A DNA stretch of 53,846 nucleotides from positions 1-53,846 of the forward strand of contig CAMVBR010000001.1 of NCBI GenBank assembly GCA_947165755.1, written 5' to 3'. The DNA is from an uncultured Clostridia bacterium (GTDB lineage: Bacteria; Bacillota; Clostridia; Oscillospirales; Acutalibacteraceae). Below the pieces are notes generated by a model. It was not told the origin of the DNA and made no database searches. It saw nothing but the letters and a program-made list of their open reading frames with translations. Of this stretch, positions 24,376 through 32,831 are shown one piece after another (position 1 is the stretch's first letter; each line of letters begins with the position of its first letter). The position numbers and the translations under genes were made by a program.

Positions 24376-26295
24376 ATGAGCAAGCTTAACGTCTGTCTGG
24401 CACAGCCCAGCTATATGAGTTCCAACTCCGCGCCCTTCCCCGCAGCGATCGGCGCGTTGGCGGCCTATGCCTGGAGCTTTGCGGATATCGACGATGCTTT
24501 CCTCCTGAAGGAGATTATCTTTCAGCGGGAGCCGCAGGCTTCTCTGCTCGCGCGGCTGGAAAATCCCGCCGTGTTCGGCTTTTCCTGCTATATGTGGAAT
24601 ATCGAGTATAACAAGCTGCTGGCGAAAAAGGTGAAGGAGAAATTCCCCGGCTGCCTGATCGTGTTCGGCGGGCCGCAGGTGCCCGAGGGCGCGGCGCTGC
24701 TGGAAAGCTGCCCGTGGATCGACCTGCTCCTGCACGGCGAAGGGGAGGTCACCTTTGCCGCGGTGCTGCGGGCGCTGCGGGACGGCGCCGGCTTCGGCGG
24801 GATCCCCAACCTCTCGCTCCGGGTGAACGGCGTTCCCGTCAACACGCGGGCGGAAAGCTGCTGCAGGGTGGATTTTCCCTCCCCGATCACCTCGGGCTTT
24901 TTCGACCGGCTCCTGCGTGAAAACCCCGGGCTGGAATTCACCCCGCTGGTGGAATCGAGCCGGGGCTGCCCCAACCACTGCGCCTACTGCAGCTGGGGCA
25001 ACAAAGAGACCGGCATGCGGCTGTTCCCGCTGGAGCGCGTATTCGCCGATCTGGAGTGGATCAGCGCGCATCATATGGAATACGTGGGCTTCGCCGATTC
25101 CAATTTCGGCATGTTCCCGCGGGATGAAAAGATCACCGATAAAATACTGGAGCTGCACGAAACGTACGGCTATCCCAAAAAGTTTCAGGTGTCCTACGCC
25201 AAGGATTCCGGCGAGCGGGTGTACCGCATCACCGAAAAGCTGAACGCGGCGGGCCTGTGCAAGGGCGTTACGCTCTCGTTCCAGACCATGTCCCCGGCGG
25301 CGCAGAAGAACATCGGCCGCTCCAACATGGATATCGAATTCTATAAAGCCCTGCTGCAAAAATACGGCGACGCGGGCATCGTCACCTATTCCGAGCTGAT
25401 CCTCGGTCTGCCGGGCGAAACCGCCGAAAGCTTTATCGACGGCATCGAGCAGCTGCTGGAATACGGCCAGCACACGCAGATGATGATCCACCTGTGCGAG
25501 TGGCTGCCCCTTTCCCCCATGGGAGAAAAAGCCTATCTTGAAAAATACGGCATAAAATATATCGAGATCCCCTTGAACCAGCCCCACGCCAACCTGCAAA
25601 CGGAGGATGAGGCCCCTGAGCGCTCCCACGTGGTGGTATCCACCGATACCATGACCGCCGAAGAATGGAAGCGCGTCACCCTGTTCGGCATGTGCGTGTT
25701 GTGCTTCCACCATCTGGGCCTCCTGCAGCTCCCCGCGCTGTATCTGTATTTTGAGCAGGGCGTGAAATACGTCGATTTCTACGGCGAGCTGCTTCGGTAT
25801 TATATGGCGAAGGGCGATTCGGTTTTCAACCGCATCGAGCGGCAGCTTGCCGGTATGCTCACGGGCGATTCCGGCGCCGTGATCCTTGACGGGCGCTTCG
25901 GCAAGGTGAGCTGGACCTTCGAGGAATACGCCTTTCTCTCCACCGTATATGAAAAAGAGGCCTTCTACCGAGAGATGGACGGCTTTTTATCCCGCTATAT
26001 CCCAAACGCCGCCTTCCGCGCCGAAATGCTGGCGTACCAGTCCTTTATGGTGAAAACCGTGGGGCGGCCCGCATCGTCGTTTACCGGCAATTACGACTGG
26101 CGTTCATATTTTCTTTCACTGCGCCGCAACCGGAGGATGCCGCTGGTAAAGCGCCCGGTCCGCTATACCGTAACGGACGATCTCATTTGCGCCGATTGGC
26201 CCGAATACGCCCGTAAGGTGGTCTGGTACGGCCGCCGCGGCGGCAAAAACCTGTATACCGCAGAGATCGGGGAGGCAGCACCGGATGGAAAATGA
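24376..26295 (+). CDS. Cobalamin-binding-type radical SAM enzyme, ~640-aa family, module B
   Basis: FSCYMWNIEYNKLLAKKVKEKFPGCLIVFGGPQV and HGEGE. CX3CX2C at about 24961-24999 (SSRGCPNHCAYCSWG), then SELILGLPGETAESF and a C-terminal VVWYGR. Confidence 0.9.
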   Translation: MSKLNVCLAQPSYMSSNSAPFPAAIGALAAYAWSFADIDDAFLLKEIIFQREPQASLLARLENPAVFGFSCYMWNIEYNKLLAKKVKEKFPGCLIVFGGPQVPEGAALLESCPWIDLLLHGEGEVTFAAVLRALRDGAGFGGIPNLSLRVNGVPVNTRAESCCRVDFPSPITSGFFDRLLRENPGLEFTPLVESSRGCPNHCAYCSWGNKETGMRLFPLERVFADLEWISAHHMEYVGFADSNFGMFPRDEKITDKILELHETYGYPKKFQVSYAKDSGERVYRITEKLNAAGLCKGVTLSFQTMSPAAQKNIGRSNMDIEFYKALLQKYGDAGIVTYSELILGLPGETAESFIDGIEQLLEYGQHTQMMIHLCEWLPLSPMGEKAYLEKYGIKYIEIPLNQPHANLQTEDEAPERSHVVVSTDTMTAEEWKRVTLFGMCVLCFHHLGLLQLPALYLYFEQGVKYVDFYGELLRYYMAKGDSVFNRIERQLAGMLTGDSGAVILDGRFGKVSWTFEEYAFLSTVYEKEAFYREMDGFLSRYIPNAAFRAEMLAYQSFMVKTVGRPASSFTGNYDWRSYFLSLRRNRRMPLVKRPVRYTVTDDLICADWPEYARKVVWYGRRGGKNLYTAEIGEAAPDGK

Positions 26296-27010
26296 ATACA
26301 GCCTTTCGGTGCTGATCTGCGCCACCGACGAAACCTTTTCCCTGGAGCGTACCTTCCGTAAGCTGGACGCCGTCGGCGCGGCGGACGAGTACCTGTTCGT
26401 TCTTTCGAAAACCTGCGCGCCGGAATGCCTTGCCACGGTGGAGCGCCTGTGCGCGCGCGCGGACTGCCGCTGGATGTACCAGAGCGAAACGGGGCTCGGC
26501 AACGCCGTACGGGATTCCTTTGCCGTGGTGCGGGGCACGCATCTCGCCCTGTGGAGCGCCGACGAGGCCACCGACGCCGCCTCCTTCCCCGAAATGGCGC
26601 GGCTTTCCAGAGAAAACCCCGATAAGATCGTGAAGATCAGCCGCTGGCTGCACCCCGACGGTTTTGAAGGCTACGGTCGTCTGAATAAAATGCTCAATTA
26701 TATCTCGCAGCGCGCGTTCGGTCTCATGTTCCGTTCCCGGCTCACCGAGTTCACCAACCCCACGCAGATCGCCCCCGTGGCGGTCTACCGCCGCATCCGC
26801 TGGCAGCATACCGGCTTCGATTTTCTGCCCGAAATGATCTTCAAGCCCTTGAAGCTGGGCGTGGGATTTATCGAGGTCCCCACCAAAAACGTTCCCCGCG
26901 AGGAGGGCCGTTCGGGCAACACGCTGCTCAGCCACGTCCGTTACTACCGTACCATTCTGCAGATCTTCTTCACAAAGCCGGAGGATCTGGTTGAGGAGGC
27001 AAAGCCGTGA
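26285..27010 (+). CDS. GT2-like glycosyltransferase (weak call)
   Basis: 241-aa ORF overlapping the upstream stop by 11 nt. It opens with LSVLICATDETFSLERTFRKL, like GT2 N-termini. I found no clean DxD motif. Confidence 0.5.
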   Translation: MENEYSLSVLICATDETFSLERTFRKLDAVGAADEYLFVLSKTCAPECLATVERLCARADCRWMYQSETGLGNAVRDSFAVVRGTHLALWSADEATDAASFPEMARLSRENPDKIVKISRWLHPDGFEGYGRLNKMLNYISQRAFGLMFRSRLTEFTNPTQIAPVAVYRRIRWQHTGFDFLPEMIFKPLKLGVGFIEVPTKNVPREEGRSGNTLLSHVRYYRTILQIFFTKPEDLVEEAKP

Positions 27011-30000
27011 AAAACGTATATTTCGTTCTGGCAAACAAGTCCTACGGAAAAGCGCTGTATTTTCCGTATGCCTCCGGCTGCCTTGCGGCCTACGCCTGGG
27101 CGGATGAAGAGATCCGCAGCGAATATAACCTTGCGGGCTTCATTTATAAACGCGATCCGATCGACGTCGCTCTTGAAAAGCTGAAGGATCCCGACGTGGT
27201 GGCCTTTTCCTGCTACATGTGGACCATTGAGTATAATAAGCTGCTGGCCGCCGCCCTGAAAGAAAAATATCCCGATTGCCTCATTCTGTTCGGCGGGCAC
27301 GAGATCTCCCACCGGAGCGAGCTTTCCGCCTATCCCTACGTGGATCTGTTCACCTTCGGCGAAGGGGAGATCCCCTTCAAAAAGCTGCTGCTGGCCGTAA
27401 AGCGGGGCGAGCCGCTCACTGTGGTGCCCAACAGCGCCGTACGCACGGAAAACGGCGTGGTATTCACCGAAAAAGAGGTGTATAAGGCCCTCGATTATCC
27501 CTCGCCCTATACCACCGGCGTGTTCGACGGCATCATTGCCGAAAACCCCGGCGTGGAATTCGACGTCACCATAGAAACCAACCGGGGCTGCCCCTATATG
27601 TGCGCCTACTGCGACTGGTGCTACGTGCCGCAGGTGCGCCCCTTCCCCATGGAGAAGGTCAAGGCCGAGATCGACTGGTGCGCCGATCACAAGGTGGAAT
27701 ATATCTACAACGCGGATGCCAACTTCGGCATCCTCCCGCGCGATTACGAGATCGCCGAATACGCGGTTCAGGTGAGCAGGCGCACCGGCTTCCCGCAGGT
27801 GTTCAACGCCTGCTACGCCAAAAACAGCAACGATAATGTGTTCGCCATCTCCAAGCTGCTGTACGATAACAAGATCAACAAGGCCATCACGCTGGCCTAC
27901 CAGACCGTATGTGACCGTGCGCTCAGGAACGTGAACCGCACCAACTTCACCATGGAGGCCTTCGCCGATCTGGTGCACCGCTACAACGAGCACGGCATCC
28001 CCACCTATACCGAGCTCATCATGGGCCTGCCCGGCGAAACCTACGATAGCTTCTGCGAGGGCATCTGCAAGCTCATCGAGGCGGGGCAGCACAACGCCAT
28101 GACCGTATACGGCTGTCAGGTGTTCCAGAACGCCCTCATGGCCACAAAGGAATACCGCGAAAAATTCGGCATCGTCACCGCGCACGTCAAGCAGGGCAGC
28201 GTGCATTCCTCGCCCCTGCCCCCCGGCGAGATCCAGGAATATACCGATCTTGTGATCGCCACCAACGATATGCCCTTCGACGATATGATCCGCTCGCTCA
28301 TGTTCTGCACCTGCGTGCAGGGCTTCCACCATATCGGCATGCTCAAATGCTTCGCCATTTACATGCGGCAGGAAAAGGGCATGCCCTATATCGAATTTTA
28401 CCGTAAGCTGCTCGGCTTCATCTACGCCGCCGAGGGCACCTTCCTGAACCGGCTTTTCAAACGCTTCGAGGCGGAATGCCGCGATCTGAGCCACGGCGAA
28501 TGGACCTACGTCAGCGAGGAATTCGGCGATATCGGCTGGTATTACGACGAAGGCCTCTTTATGGAGACCGCCAAGCACTACGACGAATTCTGGGCCGAGA
28601 TCCCGCCGTTCCTGGCCTCCCTCGGGCTGGAGGACGAAATGCTCCGGGAGCTCAGCCGCTATCAGCGGACTATGATCCGGCTTCCGAACCAGTCCCACGT
28701 ACGCGAGCATTTTGCTTACGATTTCACCTCCTATTTCCGCTCTGCGCTGGAGTTAAAGCCCGTGCCGCTGAAAAAACGCGGCAACACCGTGGATATCGTC
28801 ATCCCGAACCCGGTTTACGACTGGCACGCCTACAGCCGTCAGGTGATGCTGTTCGCAAAAAAGAAGAGTGCCACGCTTCTGTTCAAGGATATTCAGAACG
28901 AGGTCCGCGTGATCTACGACGACCCCGCCGGGGCCGCCGACGCAAAAAAAAACGTATATTTTATTCAGGTGAATGATTTTTACGGCAACGAGCGCAAAAG
29001 CGCCTACCTGCCCTACGCGGCGGGCTGCATTCAGGCCTACTGCATGCAGGATGCCGATATCGCTGCGCGCTGCCGTTTCGGGCGGATCGTATACTACCGC
29101 GAGGATCCCGACGCGATTGCCGCCCGGTTTGAAGACCCCTATATGGTGCTGTTTTCGTGCAGCGTATGGAATACCGAATTCAACAAGGCGCTGGCAAAGG
29201 CGGTCAAGCGCCGATACCCCGGGTGCTTCATCGTATTCGGCGGGCACCACGTCTCCTCCGATCTCTCGTTTTTGGCGGAAAATCCCACGGTAGATTTCGT
29301 TACCCACAATGCCGGCGAGGAGCCCACCGCGCTGCTGCTGAAGAGCCTGCTGCTGGGGCGGCCCCTGTCTGAGGTGCCGAATCTTTCCTACCGCGCGCCG
29401 GACGGCAGCGCCGTGACCACGCCCATCCTGCCCCAGACCGGCAGCGATTACCCCTCGCCCTATCTTGCGGGCGTGTTCGATGACCTGCTTTCGGACGACG
29501 TGGAATTCTCGATGGTGTTCGAAACCAACCGGGGCTGTCCCAATTCCTGCACCTTCTGCGATTGGGGTCAGCTCAAGAGCAAGGTGCGCCTGTTTCCGCT
29601 GGAGCGGGTGTTTGCCGAACTGGACTGGATGGTGGCGCATAAGATCGAATACGTTTACTGCGCCGACGCCAACTTCTGCCTGTTCAGCCGGGATGAACAG
29701 ATCGTAGACCGTGTGGTGGAATATAGCCGCAAATACGGCTATCCCAAAATATTCCACGTCAATTTTACGAAGAACCGCACCGATTTTGTGTTCGATATCT
29801 CCTCCAGAATGATCCGCAACGGGCTCTCCAAGGCGCAGACCATCGCGTTTCAGAGCATGGACCCCACCGTGCTCTCCAATATCGGCAGGCAGAATATGTC
29901 GCCGGCGCATTTCCGGTCGCTCATGCGCCGCTTCAACGAGAACCACATCGCCACCTATTCCGAGCTGATCCTCGGGCTGCCCGGGGAAACCTACCGCAGC

Positions 30001-30879
30001 TTCTGCAGCGGCATGTGCCGCCTGATCGAATATGGGCAGCATTTCGCCGTATACGTCTACCCCTGCGAGATCTTTCCCAATTCCGAGATGTCGCAAAAAT
30101 ATTACCGTGAGAAATATCAGGTCGGCAGCACCCGCGTGCCTTTTCTGCTGATGCATACCAGCGCCGTTCCGGCGCCCGGGGCCGTGCGGGAATACGTGGA
30201 GCTGCTCACCTCCACCTATTCCATGAACACCGAGGATTGGGCCCGGTCCTATCTGTTCGCTGCTTTCGTGCAGGCCATGCACAATCTGGGCTTCACCCGC
30301 TGCCTTGCCATCTATCTGCGCTGCGCCCACGGCTTTTCCTACGAGCGCTTTTACGAAGGTCTCATCGACCGCGCGCGGCAGGCGGAGGGCACGTTCCTGC
30401 ACACGCTCTATGAGCGGATCTTCGCCCTGTGTATGGGTGTGGCCGCCGGCGTCAATTCCTTTATGGCCCCCTGCGAGGGGACGGACGACATTCTCTGGAG
30501 CTTTGAAGAGATCGTCGGCATCGAGATCGTGCGGCAGCTGGACCGCTTTTATAGTGAGCTCCGCGCATGGCTCGGCTCCCTCTTCGGCGGCGATCCGGTG
30601 CTGGAGCCGCTGTTCGGTTACCAATACGGTATCATCAAGAAGCCCGGCCTCAGCCAGGTCGAGATCGTTTCGGACTACGATTTTTATTCGTATTTCAACG
30701 CGGTGTATCTGAACGATCCGCAGCCGCTTGAGAAAAAGCCGATCCGCATCACCGTAGCCGATCCACATCCGGTGGATTCCCTCGCCGCCTACGCGCGCGA
30801 AACCATCTGGTACGGCCGCAACCGGCAGGAGACCGATTATACCTCGCACCACTACAACGCCCGCGTTACCGGCGTATAA
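27007..30879 (+). CDS. Two-module fusion of cobalamin-binding-type radical SAM enzymes (modules C1 + C2, 1290 aa)
   Basis: GTG start in a GTGA overlap with the upstream stop. C1 has KNVYFVLAN.., FSCYMWTIEYNKLLAAALKEKYPDCLILFGGHEI, FGEGE and TNRGCPYMCAYCDWC (about 27583-27620). C2 starts at about 28945 with KKNVYFIQV.., FSCSVWNTEFNKALAKAVKRRYPGCFIVFGGHHV and TNRGCPNSCTFCDWG (about 29531-29568). Both carry ELI[ML]GLPGETY.SF; C2 ends with TIWYGR. Confidence 0.9.
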   Translation: MKNVYFVLANKSYGKALYFPYASGCLAAYAWADEEIRSEYNLAGFIYKRDPIDVALEKLKDPDVVAFSCYMWTIEYNKLLAAALKEKYPDCLILFGGHEISHRSELSAYPYVDLFTFGEGEIPFKKLLLAVKRGEPLTVVPNSAVRTENGVVFTEKEVYKALDYPSPYTTGVFDGIIAENPGVEFDVTIETNRGCPYMCAYCDWCYVPQVRPFPMEKVKAEIDWCADHKVEYIYNADANFGILPRDYEIAEYAVQVSRRTGFPQVFNACYAKNSNDNVFAISKLLYDNKINKAITLAYQTVCDRALRNVNRTNFTMEAFADLVHRYNEHGIPTYTELIMGLPGETYDSFCEGICKLIEAGQHNAMTVYGCQVFQNALMATKEYREKFGIVTAHVKQGSVHSSPLPPGEIQEYTDLVIATNDMPFDDMIRSLMFCTCVQGFHHIGMLKCFAIYMRQEKGMPYIEFYRKLLGFIYAAEGTFLNRLFKRFEAECRDLSHGEWTYVSEEFGDIGWYYDEGLFMETAKHYDEFWAEIPPFLASLGLEDEMLRELSRYQRTMIRLPNQSHVREHFAYDFTSYFRSALELKPVPLKKRGNTVDIVIPNPVYDWHAYSRQVMLFAKKKSATLLFKDIQNEVRVIYDDPAGAADAKKNVYFIQVNDFYGNERKSAYLPYAAGCIQAYCMQDADIAARCRFGRIVYYREDPDAIAARFEDPYMVLFSCSVWNTEFNKALAKAVKRRYPGCFIVFGGHHVSSDLSFLAENPTVDFVTHNAGEEPTALLLKSLLLGRPLSEVPNLSYRAPDGSAVTTPILPQTGSDYPSPYLAGVFDDLLSDDVEFSMVFETNRGCPNSCTFCDWGQLKSKVRLFPLERVFAELDWMVAHKIEYVYCADANFCLFSRDEQIVDRVVEYSRKYGYPKIFHVNFTKNRTDFVFDISSRMIRNGLSKAQTIAFQSMDPTVLSNIGRQNMSPAHFRSLMRRFNENHIATYSELILGLPGETYRSFCSGMCRLIEYGQHFAVYVYPCEIFPNSEMSQKYYREKYQVGSTRVPFLLMHTSAVPAPGAVREYVELLTSTYSMNTEDWARSYLFAAFVQAMHNLGFTRCLAIYLRCAHGFSYERFYEGLIDRARQAEGTFLHTLYERIFALCMGVAAGVNSFMAPCEGTDDILWSFEEIVGIEIVRQLDRFYSELRAWLGSLFGGDPVLEPLFGYQYGIIKKPGLSQVEIVSDYDFYSYFNAVYLNDPQPLEKKPIRITVADPHPVDSLAAYARETIWYGRNRQETDYTSHHYNARVTGV

Positions 30880-30895
30880 GCATTGGAGTTCACTC

Positions 30896-32800
30896 ATGAA
30901 AAACGTTTATTTCGTACAGGTCGGCTTCGGGTTCGACGGCTCCGTGTACCTGCCCTACGGGGTGGGCACGCTGCTGGCGAACTGCAGGCGCTATGAAGAG
31001 ATCACCCGGGAATACGCGTTCCCTGATATCGTCTTTTTCCGCGAAAAGCTGGCCGACGCCATGGAAAAGCTGCGGGAGCCCTATCTCGTGGCCTTTTCGT
31101 GCAGCGTATGGAATATGGAATATAATAAAGCGCTGGCCGCCCGCATCAAAGAAAAATATCCCGATTGCCTCGTTTCCTTCGGCGGCCACAGCGTGCGGGC
31201 GGACGGCTCCTTGCTGCGCGAGCTGCCCCAGGTGGATATCCTGAACTTCGGCGAAGGCGAAGAGGTCTTCGCGCAGCTGCTCATCGCCCTTTCCAAGGGG
31301 GATATCACCGGCGTGCCCTCCATCGCCTACCGCAGCGCCGCCGGTGAGGTCGTGTGTACGCCCCGCGCGCCGCTGTGCGATCTGAACGCGCTGCCCTCGC
31401 CCTATCTTACCGGGGTGTTCGATCCTCTGCTGGAGCGGTACCCCGAATTCGAGTTCCTCTCGGTGCTCGAAACCAACCGCGGCTGCCCCTATAACTGCGC
31501 CTACTGCGATTGGGTCACCGATAAGCGCATGCGCTTTTTCCCCATGGAGCGGGTGAAGGCCGAGATCCGCTGGCTGGGCGAGCATAAGATCGCCTACTGC
31601 TTCTGCGGCGATTCCAATTTCGGCATGTTTGAGCGCGACGTGGAGATCGCCGAATATCTGGTAGCCACCAAGCGGGAGCTGGGCTACCCCGAGGTGTTCC
31701 GCCCCTGCTACGAAAAGAACAGCGCCGACCGGGTATTTCAGATCTGCTCCATCCTGAACCGCGAGGGCATGGATAAGGGCGCCACGCTTGCGTACCAGAC
31801 CCTCTCCGAGGAGGCGCTGCGCAACATCGGCCGCAAAAACCTCACCATGGAGCACTTCTCCGGTCTCGTCAAACGCTACAACGAGGCCGGCATCCCCGCC
31901 TATTCCGAGCTCATTCTCGGCCTGCCCGGCGAAACGCTCGAAAGCTTCTGCCGCGGCATCTGCCGCCTGCTCGAGAGCGGGCAGCACAACTCCCTGAGCG
32001 TGTATCACTGCGAAATGCTGCCCAACGCGGAAATGAGCGACCCCGCCTATATCGAAAAATACGGCATCAACGTGATCAAGGTGGGCTTCAACCATATCCA
32101 CAGCGCCCCCGAGCGGGATGAAGAGGTGCCGGAGTATTCCTATCTCATCCGCTCCACCGACTCGCTCAGCCCCGAGGACTGGGTGCGGGCCAATCTGTTT
32201 TCGGTATGCGTGCAGTGCTTCCACGCGCTTGGCATTCTGCGCTATTTCGCCATTTACCTGTATACCGAGCAGGGCGTCAGCTACTACGATTTCTATAAGG
32301 ACCTGCTCGCCTATATCATGGACGGCAGCGGTATGCTGCACGACCTGTGGATGCAGTTCCGTGAAAAATACGAATCCAACCTTTCCGGCGAGTGGAATTA
32401 CCACAACCCCGCCTTCGGGCACGTTACGTGGTTCTTCGAGGAGGGCGCCTTCCTTGAGATCGTGCGGGATTACGCCGCCGCCGAGGCGCTGCTGGAGCCC
32501 TTTCTGAAGCGCTATCCGCTGCCGGAGGACCTTTACGGCGACCTCGGGCGGTATCAGGCCTTTATGCTGCGCAAGCCCGGCGAAACGGCCCACGCCGAAA
32601 CCTTCGCCTACGACCTGCATTCCTATTTCGAGCGCATCTTGAAGGGCGAATACGTGCCGCTGAAAAAAGAAAAAAACACCCTGCTGGTCACCCCGAAGAC
32701 CGTATATACGGATTTCTTTGAATACGCCAAGGAAACGGTGTGGTACGGCCGCCGCCGCGGCGCCTCCGTTTACGGCAGAAAAGAGATCGCCCGTTCCTGA
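30896..32800 (+). CDS. Cobalamin-binding-type radical SAM enzyme, ~640-aa family, module D
   Basis: MKNVYFVQV.., FSCSVWNMEYNKALAARIKEKYPDCLVSFGGHSV and FGEGE. TNRGCPYNCAYCDWV (about 31479-31517), then SELILGLPGETLESF and a C-terminal TVWYGR. Confidence 0.9.
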   Translation: MKNVYFVQVGFGFDGSVYLPYGVGTLLANCRRYEEITREYAFPDIVFFREKLADAMEKLREPYLVAFSCSVWNMEYNKALAARIKEKYPDCLVSFGGHSVRADGSLLRELPQVDILNFGEGEEVFAQLLIALSKGDITGVPSIAYRSAAGEVVCTPRAPLCDLNALPSPYLTGVFDPLLERYPEFEFLSVLETNRGCPYNCAYCDWVTDKRMRFFPMERVKAEIRWLGEHKIAYCFCGDSNFGMFERDVEIAEYLVATKRELGYPEVFRPCYEKNSADRVFQICSILNREGMDKGATLAYQTLSEEALRNIGRKNLTMEHFSGLVKRYNEAGIPAYSELILGLPGETLESFCRGICRLLESGQHNSLSVYHCEMLPNAEMSDPAYIEKYGINVIKVGFNHIHSAPERDEEVPEYSYLIRSTDSLSPEDWVRANLFSVCVQCFHALGILRYFAIYLYTEQGVSYYDFYKDLLAYIMDGSGMLHDLWMQFREKYESNLSGEWNYHNPAFGHVTWFFEEGAFLEIVRDYAAAEALLEPFLKRYPLPEDLYGDLGRYQAFMLRKPGETAHAETFAYDLHSYFERILKGEYVPLKKEKNTLLVTPKTVYTDFFEYAKETVWYGRRRGASVYGRKEIARS

Positions 32801-32831
32801 AATTCCGAAGTATTGTGAGAGGAGGTCGGAA

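Noticed and set aside
27007-30879. Idea that the 1290-aa double radical SAM gene is an assembly artefact joining two genes
   Set aside because: There is no stop or start codon at the joint, and the conserved KNVYFIQ N-terminal motif of module 2 is in frame with module 1. In this sequence the fusion is genuine. Homopolymer length should still be verified.
21274-32620. Series of long minus-strand ORFs (21274-22614, 24283-25713, 26944-28710, 28753-30897, 30890-32620)
   Set aside because: Each mirrors a plus-strand radical SAM gene. All are H/G/R/A/E-rich shadow frames with no start signals.
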